DNA from: Candidatus Magasanikbacteria bacterium GW2011_GWA2_56_11
Lineage (GTDB): Bacteria > Patescibacteriota > Patescibacteriia > Magasanikbacterales > UBA922
NCBI GenBank assembly: GCA_001004885.1
Contig: LCRX01000005.1
Coordinates: forward strand, 1 to 52,074
DNA: 52,074 nucleotides
Direction: 5' to 3'
Part shown: positions 1 through 8,080 of the stretch, piece after piece
Numbering within the stretch: position 1 is the first letter of the stretch
Layout of the letters: every line of letters begins with the position of its first letter
The notes under the pieces: generated by a model
The model's input: the letters and a program-made list of their open reading frames with translations, nothing else
What the model was told of the DNA's origin: nothing
The model's database searches: none
Translations under genes and position numbers: made by a program

Positions 1-644
1 GGACACTGGGCCGAGTTGAGGACAGGCAATTCGCACTGCAAACCAAGATCGGCCTGGTCTTTCTCGCAAGCCTGTTTATCGTTGCTGCAGCCGATGAAAT
101 CTGCGGTTTTCTTGCTAAAACAAAGATACTGCTTTGCCTGTGCCTTGCACTCAGAAAAAAACTTTTCCGCGGAAGAACTGCTGATGGCAGCGCAGGTTAA
201 TTGCTCCGGAATCCCGTTTCCCGGTTCAAGAACACTAGGCATTATTGTTTGCAACAGTATCGTTCCCTTACCTTCCGCCAATCCCTGGAAAGAGACCGCC
301 ACAGAGACTCCATCCGAAAAACCCACACTGGCTGTCTGTCCGACTTTTACGACCAATGCCTTGGGGGTACCGTTCGTAAAAAAAGCCACCGATTTTGCGT
401 TAAGTCGCGCCACTTTATAAACGGCATCGGGCAGCGCCGAGTTAGCATGCTGTAGTGTTTGCTGCAAGCAAACGGTCGAATAGCCGTCATTAACCGTTTT
501 CACTTTCAACTCGCCAGCGCATTCGCCCTGGCCCACCAGGGCCGCGCCGGCGGCAGCAAGAGCCGAGGCACCAAGCAAAGCTGTTGCCAGCGCTAGCTTA
601 GTGTTAGTAACCGCCTTAACCGCGGTTGCGCTAATTGTCGACAT
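1..644 (-). CDS. Secreted or membrane-anchored Cys-rich hypothetical protein, truncated by the window edge
   Basis: Manual translation from ATG at 644: MSTISATAVKAVTNTKLALATALLGASALAAAGAALVGQGEC..., open to position 1. Hydrophobic N-terminus and several Cys. Not in the ORF track because there is no stop in the window. Confidence 0.7.
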   Translation of the reverse strand, partial: MSTISATAVKAVTNTKLALATALLGASALAAAGAALVGQGECAGELKVKTVNDGYSTVCLQQTLQHANSALPDAVYKVARLNAKSVAFFTNGTPKALVVKVGQTASVGFSDGVSVAVSFQGLAEGKGTILLQTIMPSVLEPGNGIPEQLTCAAISSSSAEKFFSECKAQAKQYLCFSKKTADFIGCSNDKQACEKDQADLGLQCELPVLNSAQC

Positions 645-746
645 AGTGCGCTAAAATAAATGTAAAACTAGATTAGACAAACACTCATCGCACCCAATTG
701 TCTGTCTCTTACGACCGAAACTTAAAAAATCAAAACAGCAGCTATT

Positions 747-1940
747 TTAGTGGACCTCGCCCTTGTCCATCCCCGTCCAGTCGGCCACCACCTCTTTGAT
801 ATGATCCACGTCCACGAGCGGCCAGCCCTCGGTCTGCTTTACTCGTTTCTCTTCCTCTTCGATTTCTTTTACCTTCTGAACGATTTTTTTACGCAAGGCT
901 TGAAGCGTTTTTTCCTGGGTCGGTGTTTCTTCCTCCGCTTTCAGACCCGCCAGTTCGCGTTTTAGCTTTTCCACCGATTCCGGCAAAGCTCCCTGGAGCC
1001 CGGCTGACACGCGCTGGGCAGCGCCGTGCAAGAGCGCCACGGCATGATCCGGAGCCGCGCCCTCATGAACATTTACCATGGCGGCGGCCTCGTCTATCAC
1101 GTCAATGGCTTTATCCGGCAAACGGCGGCCCTTGATATACTCCTGCGACAGCCTCACGGCTGCTTCGAGCGCCCGGTCGGTGAACTGCACCTTATGGAAG
1201 GTCTCATAATTTTTCTTCACGCCGGCGAGTATTTTGATCGCCTCATCCACTGTCGGCTCGTCAACGAGCACCGCCTGAAAACGCCGGTCCCAACTCTCGT
1301 CCGGCTGGATAAATACTTCGTACTCTTTCTGCGTCGTAGCGCCGATAAGTTGTAGGTCGCCGCGGGCGAGCGCCGGTTTTAATATGTCGGAAAAATTCAC
1401 CGAACCCTCGGCCCCCTTGGTCTGCATGACAGTATGAATCTCGTCGATAAACAGTATAATGGTCCGATTTGAACGCTTAAGTTCGTCTACGATGTGCTTT
1501 ATCCGCTCCTCGAACTCGCCGCGATACTTGGTGCCGGCCAAAAGCTCGGCCACCTGCAGGGAAAGCACCCTCTTGTTCTGCAAAACCGCCGGCACGTCGC
1601 CGGTAACTATCTTGAGCGCCAGCCCTTCGACAATCGCAGTTTTGCCTACGCCGGGCGGCCCAACCAAAACAACATTATTTTTTGTTCGCCGGGTTAGCAC
1701 TTGCGTAACCCGGGTTATCTCTTCCTCCCGGCCGACTACCGGGTCAATCCGGCCCTCGGTGGCCTGGCGGGTAAGGTCAACGGCGTACATATCCAGAGTA
1801 CGGGTGCCGGCCCCGCCGGAAACGGCAAAAGGCCGCCCTCCGGACCGCCGGGAAAAAAGATAAATCGTAACTCCGCCAAGAATGAGTGCTGCCCCGGCGA
1901 AACGCAGTATCTCGTAAATCGAAGCAGAAGCAAGATCCAT
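747..1940 (-). CDS. ClpA/B/C-family AAA+ ATPase with first AAA module only and an N-terminal TM helix
   Basis: DPVVGREEEI, Walker A GPPGVGKT, pore loop AGTKYRGEFEER, Walker B LFIDEIH, RRFQ, LPDKAID. Ends at VVADWTG. N-terminal FAGAALILGGVTIYLF is hydrophobic. Confidence 0.88.
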   Translation of the reverse strand: MDLASASIYEILRFAGAALILGGVTIYLFSRRSGGRPFAVSGGAGTRTLDMYAVDLTRQATEGRIDPVVGREEEITRVTQVLTRRTKNNVVLVGPPGVGKTAIVEGLALKIVTGDVPAVLQNKRVLSLQVAELLAGTKYRGEFEERIKHIVDELKRSNRTIILFIDEIHTVMQTKGAEGSVNFSDILKPALARGDLQLIGATTQKEYEVFIQPDESWDRRFQAVLVDEPTVDEAIKILAGVKKNYETFHKVQFTDRALEAAVRLSQEYIKGRRLPDKAIDVIDEAAAMVNVHEGAAPDHAVALLHGAAQRVSAGLQGALPESVEKLKRELAGLKAEEETPTQEKTLQALRKKIVQKVKEIEEEEKRVKQTEGWPLVDVDHIKEVVADWTGMDKGEVH

Positions 1941-1993
1941 ACTAGAGCTAATTAGACACTAATGGCGCCAGTATAACACAAACACAGCTGAGC

Positions 1994-2359
1994 TTACAAT
2001 GGAAGCAAATATTTTATACACCGCAAAATCGACCGCCGCCGGTCCAAGTAAAGGCTGACGTGTTCAAATCGAATCGAAGTCGTCGCCGTATCAATGCGGT
2101 GCCGAAAACAGTATGCCCGGGCAGCCCGAGCGAGCCGGGACAATTTTCTCCGGTCGGTGGCGCGCTCCGCGCTTCCATCGCCGGCAGTGCGCAATTTGAC
2201 TTCGATAAAACAAAGAGTGCCGCCCTCCCGGGCGACAATATCTATTTCTCCGCCCCGAACCTGAAAGTTAGTGGCCCTGACCACATACCCCTGGCGCAAT
2301 AAAAAATGTACTGCCATGGTCTCGCCCCAGCGGCCGACAGCGCGGGTGTTTGCAAGCAT
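1994..2359 (-). CDS. YraN (UPF0102) family putative endonuclease
   Basis: GRWGE..A..FL, N-x-x-x-x-GGEIDIV, FIEVK motifs. Start placed at MLANT. Confidence 0.85.
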   Translation of the reverse strand: MLANTRAVGRWGETMAVHFLLRQGYVVRATNFQVRGGEIDIVAREGGTLCFIEVKLRTAGDGSAERATDRRKLSRLARAARAYCFRHRIDTATTSIRFEHVSLYLDRRRSILRCIKYLLPL

Positions 2360-2442
2360 ATCCCTCGAGGATCGTGAACAGTTCACCGCCGGCAAGCTAC
2401 AGGTTGGCGGACATCAACTGGCCCTGGACAATCGGCAACTGT

Positions 2443-2997
2443 CTATTCGTGTCTAAACAATACCAGACAGCGGCTATAAGGACCGAGCGGTAAATCATCC
2501 TGGACAGCGAAGTTATTGTCCCGCGCCCAGGCCGTGAGCGCGCCAAAATCGAGCAGCTGTCCGGCGGCTGGACCGAGATGGGCCAGGGGTTTCACCCAGT
2601 CAACCACGACTATACGCCCCTTAGGCTTCAAGAGCCGGCCTGCCTCGCTGAGCGGCAAAGTCGGATCGCTCGCGTGGAACAGCACGTTGACCATAAATAC
2701 CGCGTCTAGACTCCGGGGCGGTATGGCCACCTTTCCGGTCTGTTCGATATCTGCCCAGACAGTATGTATGTTGACGTAGCCCTCAAGCTCGGCGCGCTTA
2801 CGGACTGATTCCAAGACATCTTTGAGAATATCAACGGCGTAGACAACTCCATGTTCGCCGATAATAAGTCCGGCGGGAAAAACCAGGTGGCCGGTGCGCC
2901 CGGCCCCGAAGTCCGCGATATGCATGCCCGGCTGCAGCCTGGCCTGGGCAAACAAAGCCGCCGGGTCTACCAGATTGTTGCCGCTGTGGTAGGACAT
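2443..2997 (-). CDS. Class I SAM-dependent methyltransferase
   Basis: IADFGAGRTG motif I, VYAVDI, LLKPKGRIVVVDW. Confidence 0.85.
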   Translation of the reverse strand: MSYHSGNNLVDPAALFAQARLQPGMHIADFGAGRTGHLVFPAGLIIGEHGVVYAVDILKDVLESVRKRAELEGYVNIHTVWADIEQTGKVAIPPRSLDAVFMVNVLFHASDPTLPLSEAGRLLKPKGRIVVVDWVKPLAHLGPAAGQLLDFGALTAWARDNNFAVQDDLPLGPYSRCLVLFRHE

Positions 2998-3000
2998 ATG

Positions 3001-3246
3001 TCAGCGCGGCAGACCAAATAGTCCGCCGAAAATCGAAAGTATGATCTCGCCGAGAGCGCCCGTCACCCCGAGCACGGCGAGGACAATGATGATGAGGCCG
3101 ATACCTTTGTACATAAGCCTGGTTCCACCGCCGCCCAGCTTCTCCTCGGCCCAGGCGCTATGGCCAAAATTTTCTAGAAACCACTGCGTTTTAATAACCA
3201 TAAAGGCCCCGAGGACGACTGCCAGGAGGCCGATGATATATTTCAT
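3001..3246 (-). CDS. Small membrane protein (2 TM)
   Basis: Two hydrophobic segments; lies 3 bp from the methyltransferase gene. Confidence 0.75.
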   Translation of the reverse strand: MKYIIGLLAVVLGAFMVIKTQWFLENFGHSAWAEEKLGGGGTRLMYKGIGLIIIVLAVLGVTGALGEIILSIFGGLFGLPR

Positions 3247-3305
3247 ACGGTAATTGACACTTATTTACGGGGTGGGTTGTGTAATCTGGACGCGATGCGC
3301 TTTAC

Positions 3306-4046
3306 TTATGATACACCATTACGCTGAGCCAGGCTATATATTTCCTGTGTGGAACCGCCGTGCTCCGGGTAGTAAAAATGAATGGTAAAACGGGGATGGT
3401 CGAGAAGTTTTTTGGCTGGCATATCTTCCATTACCTTATCGGAGTGCAGCAGATCTTCTAAAGTCGCTTTCTTTTCTTCTCCGGCCAAGAGAAGCAGCAG
3501 CCGTTTGGCTTTCATGATAGTGGGAAAAGTGAGCGTCAGGCGATCTTTGGTATGCGATTGCTCGTTATGGGTATACGCTACCAAATGGTTCGGCTCGTGC
3601 AGCGCCGGGGCGCGCGGAAAGAGCGAGCCGATATGGCCGTCCGGGGACATACCCAGGACAACAAGATCCAACGCATGGTCCGGTACCTCCTTAAGCTGTT
3701 TTTCGTAAGTTACGAGAGCCTTATGCATGAGCAATGTCGTGTCAATGAAGTGCACGCCATGCGACTTGCCTTTAAGTTTTTGCAAAAAGTTTTCCGCTAT
3801 AGCGTGGTAGTTGGATCGTTCATGGTCGAAAGGCACATAGCGTTCATCAACCAAAAAAAACTCCAAACGGGAAAAATCCACGTCTTTGTGCTCGGCATAG
3901 GCGCTGTAGACGGCGAGCGGCGTACGCCCCCCGCTTAGGGCAATGTAGACTATATCCTCCGGGCCCTTGGTCCGGCTTACGGCCGCCAGCACTTTAACGC
4001 TTTCGTCGATAAAATCAGCGGCAGAAGAAAATGTCTTGAGTTCCAT
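3306..4046 (-). CDS. pgl: 6-phosphogluconolactonase
   Basis: ALSGGRTP, VDERYVP, SNY, LGMSPDGHIGSLFP, RLTLT. Confidence 0.9.
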   Translation of the reverse strand: MELKTFSSAADFIDESVKVLAAVSRTKGPEDIVYIALSGGRTPLAVYSAYAEHKDVDFSRLEFFLVDERYVPFDHERSNYHAIAENFLQKLKGKSHGVHFIDTTLLMHKALVTYEKQLKEVPDHALDLVVLGMSPDGHIGSLFPRAPALHEPNHLVAYTHNEQSHTKDRLTLTFPTIMKAKRLLLLLAGEEKKATLEDLLHSDKVMEDMPAKKLLDHPRFTIHFYYPEHGGSTQEIYSLAQRNGVS

Positions 4047-4186
4047 AAAACATTCAAAATTAAAACTACCCGCCCGAGCCGATAATCGAACGCTTCCGGC
4101 CAGGGCCTACAGTCAGTATAAAAACACTTGGGCTTTATGGCAAGGGCTCCCGACCGTCCGGCGGCCCCACGGGCCTGTAGCGAACG

Positions 4187-4558
4187 CTAGTGAACGAGCG
4201 GCACAGTCTCGCGATGGTAGTCGTCGCTTAACCGGACGATGTCGTCCTCGCCAAAGTAAGTGCCAGTCTGGACCTCGATAAAAACAAGGTTCTGGTCCCC
4301 GGAATTATAAATCCGGTGCTTCATGCCTACCGGTATATCCACCGTCTCGCCGGCGCGTACGGGCCGCTCAATATCGTCGAGAGTTACCGTGCCCAAGCCC
4401 TGGACGACAAACCAGTGCTCGGCGCGCTCCCGGTGCAGCTGGTAGCTAACCCGTGATCCTGGTTTTAACACCATTTCTTTCACCTTGTAGGCATCCCGCT
4501 CGATCAGGTTGGTAAAACCGCCCCATGGCCTGGCTTCGGTAAAATGATATTCTGTCAT
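4187..4558 (-). CDS. Stand-alone cupin, mannose-6-phosphate isomerase type II C-terminal domain
   Basis: RPWG, SYQLHRERAEHW, HRIYN, IEVQTGTYFGEDDIVRL. Confidence 0.9.
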   Translation of the reverse strand: MTEYHFTEARPWGGFTNLIERDAYKVKEMVLKPGSRVSYQLHRERAEHWFVVQGLGTVTLDDIERPVRAGETVDIPVGMKHRIYNSGDQNLVFIEVQTGTYFGEDDIVRLSDDYHRETVPLVH

Positions 4559-4571
4559 ATGATGCTGTTAG

Positions 4572-4754
4572 CTAGAACCCACTCCAAAATTATTTAGAAC
4601 CCCCGCTAAAACCATTCTGCTCCAATTTCGACCCGCTTCTGTCGCGGATTTTCCTCATTTAGCCACCATAGTACTGCCGCGCTTACTCAATGCGACAATT
4701 TCCGCTCGAATTATCTTCAAGCCAGACTCAAAATTATTTTTAGGCTGAATTCTG
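4572..4754. repeat. Degenerate copy A of the palindromic MITE-like element
   Basis: Left end CTAGAACCCACTCCAAAATTATTT plus a second TAGAACC at 4595; right end AAATTATTTTTAGGCTGAATTCTGA. The minus-strand core TTGAG...GTACTATGG resembles copy C. Confidence 0.55.
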
Positions 4755-4881
4755 ATAAAAAGTCCAACCCAATCCAATCAGACAACCCGACTGCCAAATT
4801 CGGCCTGGCACAGACCAAAACTCGGCCGAACTGGTCTGCCGGCACGATAGACCGACGAGAAAACTAATCGCGCACCGTCTG

Positions 4882-6201
4882 CTAGGTACGTTTCTTGGCG
4901 CCTTGGCGAGCCAGGAGTATCTCTTTCGTAACCTGCTTGGCCCGCTCCACCCCTGGCTGATTGAAAGCATCTACGCCGGTGAGTTCACCCAAAAATGCTG
5001 TCGCGCCCTGAAATAGAATAAATAATTGCCCCAGGTGGTCCTCATCCAGCCGGTCAACCGTTATTGCCAGGTTCGGCCGGTCGTTTTCGGTATACGATCT
5101 CTGCGTGCCTTGACATTCCACGTCCATAAGTTCATTAAAGGACGTCCGCCGCAAAAATGCAAGGGTGCTCTCCCCGGAAGGCGGGCTGGGTATGTTGACG
5201 CGGGGACCTAAATTTTTTACGTTCAGGAACATAATTAGCTTATCGTTGGGTCCTTCGTTGTACAACTGACTCTGAGAATGCTGGTCTGTAACCCCGAGAG
5301 CGCTAACCGGGGTGAGGCCGGCATGGACCGTTTCCCCGCGCTCATCCACGGCCTTGCCGATGCTCTCGGAGAGCAGCTGGCGGTACCAATCGGCAAAGCG
5401 GATTAACTTCTGGGCATAAGGCATAAGTACATTAATGCTTTTGCCCTTTTGGGCCAATAGATGCTGGACAGCCGCCAACCGGAAAGAATCGTTGATCCGT
5501 GGATCCGGGGACAAAAAGCGGTCGCGCATAACCCTAGCGCCGCGCAATAATTTGTCTATGTTGACGCCCATAAAAGCTCCGGGCAAAAGCCCGACCGCCG
5601 TCAGGACGGAGAATCTTCCGCCGACCCGCGGCGGTACCGGAAACGTGGGAATACCGTCGCGCTCGGCGGCGCGGCGCAAAAATCCCTCTTGCGGATCGGT
5701 TACTACCACGAATTGTTGACCCACGCGACCGCCGGCTTTGGCGACTAGAGCCTGAAAATAAAAGTACTGAGCGAGCGTTTCCGGCGTGCCGCCGGATTTG
5801 GTTACCACGATAAACAAGGTCCGTTTGAGGTTAATAACGTCAAGGATTTCACGCATCATTACAGGGTCGATGTTATCGAGAATATACAAGCCGGGGCCCG
5901 GGCGCCGGGCCTTATGCCCGTATAACGGCGTCAGGCTTTGCTGAAGACACGAAGCGCCCAGTGCCGATCCGCCGATACCGAGCACCACCACATCGCGGTA
6001 GCGTTCCCGGCGTTCGCGGACAAACTGCTTTATCTCGGCTACTGCCGCCGTATCATCAATAACACGGAAAAAATCCTGAGCCCGATTTTTAAACTGTTCC
6101 AAACAGGCTGGCAGTCGGATAAAAACTCTGTCCAATTCTTTTTCGGCCAGTCCGTGATCACCGGAAACCTTAAACAAATTGGAGAAATCTATCTGCAACA
6201 T
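4882..6201 (-). CDS. pgi: Glucose-6-phosphate isomerase
   Basis: GIGGSALG, TKSGGTPET, VGGRFSVL, QLLSESIGK, DQHSQ, FNQPGVE..K. Confidence 0.95.
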   Translation of the reverse strand: MLQIDFSNLFKVSGDHGLAEKELDRVFIRLPACLEQFKNRAQDFFRVIDDTAAVAEIKQFVRERRERYRDVVVLGIGGSALGASCLQQSLTPLYGHKARRPGPGLYILDNIDPVMMREILDVINLKRTLFIVVTKSGGTPETLAQYFYFQALVAKAGGRVGQQFVVVTDPQEGFLRRAAERDGIPTFPVPPRVGGRFSVLTAVGLLPGAFMGVNIDKLLRGARVMRDRFLSPDPRINDSFRLAAVQHLLAQKGKSINVLMPYAQKLIRFADWYRQLLSESIGKAVDERGETVHAGLTPVSALGVTDQHSQSQLYNEGPNDKLIMFLNVKNLGPRVNIPSPPSGESTLAFLRRTSFNELMDVECQGTQRSYTENDRPNLAITVDRLDEDHLGQLFILFQGATAFLGELTGVDAFNQPGVERAKQVTKEILLARQGAKKRT

Positions 6202-6213
6202 AAATTTTTATAT

Positions 6214-6380
6214 TTAAATCTACTCCCAAAAATAACTTCCGGCTCATTTTTGGCTATTTAGGCGCCAGCAACCTCCGGATTGAGCGGGATACTGGTGGTA
6301 TGGCGATGAAATCCGGGCATTGCTGGCGCCTAACTGATTCAAAATTGATCCTGGGAATTATTTTTGGGAGTAGGTTCTAA
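6214..6380. repeat. Copy B of the palindromic MITE-like element
   Basis: Perfect 16-bp inverted repeat CTACTCCCAAAAATAA (6220-6235 / 6358-6373). Inner 14-bp IR TTAGGCGCCAGCAA. Right end overlaps the TAG stop at 6377-6379. Confidence 0.8.
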
Positions 6381-7972
6381 ATACGCTTGCCGGCGACACA
6401 TTCCTGTAATTCTTTGGCCGATGTCCAGCCGCACTGCCCGTTTGCCTGCCGCTCGCAGACAGCGTTCTTGTAGCAAGAATACTCTTCTTTATACAGACAG
6501 TCGGTAGCTGTTTCCTGTTGCGCGCACACCTGGCCGCTGCAGCCGGTAACCACGCAACCGCCCGCCGCCGGGCCAGGAGTCTCTGGTTTTTGTTCCCGGT
6601 TACTTGCGCCGACATACGCCACGCGATAAACCACGTTAGCCTTGTCATCCGAGATATAGGTCACGCCGTCTCGCCCCATAAAAATATCCACCGGCCGGCC
6701 GAGCGCGCGATAATCGCTGGCCAGCCAGCCGCTGATAAAGTCCTCCTCGCCCTCATAGACGCCGTCCGGATCCAATTTGTAACGGACAATTTTGTAGCCG
6801 GTCGGCTGGCTTCGGTTCCACGAACCGTGATAAGCCACCAGGAGATCGCCGGCATAACCAGCCGGCCAGCCTGTCTCGGGAACGAACGCCAGCCCCAAAG
6901 GTGCCGAGTGCGCCGGAATATCGATATGGCTCTGAGTGTCCCCGGGTTCCTGGCAAGGATGGCGGATATAAATATTCTTGTCGAAGTCCGTGTCAAGGAC
7001 ATTTTTGCCGTAGCAGATCGGCCAGCCATAAAACTTGCCGGCCTCGACTATGTTTATCTCATCCGGCGGAACAGCGTCCCCCAAATTATCCCTCCCCATC
7101 TCTGTAACCCATAATTTGTTGGTGCGAGGATGGAAAGCCATAAAAACCGCGTTCCTGAGGCCGGAGGCAAAAATCCGCTGTTCCCCGACTACCATATTGG
7201 CCTCTTTGGGCCCGCGCGTAAAATCCAGATCTACGGCCAAAATCGCGCCCCGGCGTTTGTCCTCTTCCCAACAGACATCGCAGGCAGAGCCGACAGAAAC
7301 AAACAAGGTGCCCGTCGTGCCCGGCACTTCTTCGAAAGGCAACTTCTCCCCCCGGAACGCAATCGTCCGGGTGGTGTGCCGGCCGCCGGCGGGCAAATCG
7401 ATGAGTGTTTCAAAGGCAGTGCCATCGATGTAGGTCTCATCACCCGCGCTGCCAACCAAATCCTGGAAATCTTCCCTCTCGATGGTCGTCATGCTTATCC
7501 GGTGCTCCTCGGCCACTAACAACCGGCAAAGCTCCTTGTCCTCGGACAGGTCATTATCCAGCCGGTGGCAGTAGACGGCAAATCCATGCGGACGGTTAAG
7601 GCCCGAAGCCACAATTACCGTCTTTTCTGACGTTCCATCGCGGTCTTCATCCACAAGCGCCTTTATTTTCCCCTCCGCAGGCACGCTAACAAGCAGCGTA
7701 CCCCTAGGGTCAGCCCCCATAGCCCGTGCTGGCCCTACGTCCCGAGCAAAAATTGAAATAACAAAACCCTGAGGCAATGTTAAGGGCGAACCAAGCGCCG
7801 TCTCTACAGGCGGGTATTCAGTTTTCGATCCGGTTCCCAGCCTTTCGGCTATGTCTCCGGCCGGAGGGGTAAGCGCCGGAACAGCCCCGCGCCACTCCCG
7901 CCAGGCGAACAACCCGACGATACCGGCCAAAAAGGCCAACCCTACGCCGGCGCTAACAAATGTTCTGCGCAT
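6377..7972 (-). CDS. PQQ-dependent sugar/sorbosone dehydrogenase-family beta-propeller with a C-terminal Cys-cluster domain
   Basis: N-terminal TM, LNRPHG, SVGSACD, ASGLRN, GRDNLGD..PPDE, FYGWP, HSAPLG, HGSWNR, GRPVD. C-terminal CVVTGCSGQVC...C...C...C...GQCGW...C. Confidence 0.85.
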   Translation of the reverse strand: MRRTFVSAGVGLAFLAGIVGLFAWREWRGAVPALTPPAGDIAERLGTGSKTEYPPVETALGSPLTLPQGFVISIFARDVGPARAMGADPRGTLLVSVPAEGKIKALVDEDRDGTSEKTVIVASGLNRPHGFAVYCHRLDNDLSEDKELCRLLVAEEHRISMTTIEREDFQDLVGSAGDETYIDGTAFETLIDLPAGGRHTTRTIAFRGEKLPFEEVPGTTGTLFVSVGSACDVCWEEDKRRGAILAVDLDFTRGPKEANMVVGEQRIFASGLRNAVFMAFHPRTNKLWVTEMGRDNLGDAVPPDEINIVEAGKFYGWPICYGKNVLDTDFDKNIYIRHPCQEPGDTQSHIDIPAHSAPLGLAFVPETGWPAGYAGDLLVAYHGSWNRSQPTGYKIVRYKLDPDGVYEGEEDFISGWLASDYRALGRPVDIFMGRDGVTYISDDKANVVYRVAYVGASNREQKPETPGPAAGGCVVTGCSGQVCAQQETATDCLYKEEYSCYKNAVCERQANGQCGWTSAKELQECVAGKRI

Positions 7973-8010
7973 AAAGTAATGATAAAGACAAAACCGTGCC
8001 GCTTGGTTTA

Positions 8011-8028
8011 GTAATTGTATACAATTAC
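8011..8028. promoter_or_regulatory. Perfect 18-bp palindrome, candidate operator overlapping a -10 box
   Basis: GTAATTGTATACAATTAC, about 40 bp upstream of the dehydrogenase start; contains TACAAT. Confidence 0.5.
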
Positions 8029-8031
8029 ATC

Positions 8032-8071
8032 CTAACTGAAAAGCCTGGCCGAGGCCAGGCTTTTCAGTTAG
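8032..8071. terminator. Intrinsic terminator hairpin after the GH113 gene
   Basis: 19-bp perfect IR CTAACTGAAAAGCCTGGCC-ga-GGCCAGGCTTTTCAGTTAG, 10 bp past the stop. Confidence 0.75.
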
Positions 8072-8080
8072 ATAAAAACG

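Noticed and set aside
3001-3003. Alternative genetic code with UGA read-through
   Set aside because: TGA ends genes at sensible boundaries (3001, 30218, 34372), and conserved genes are uninterrupted under code 11.
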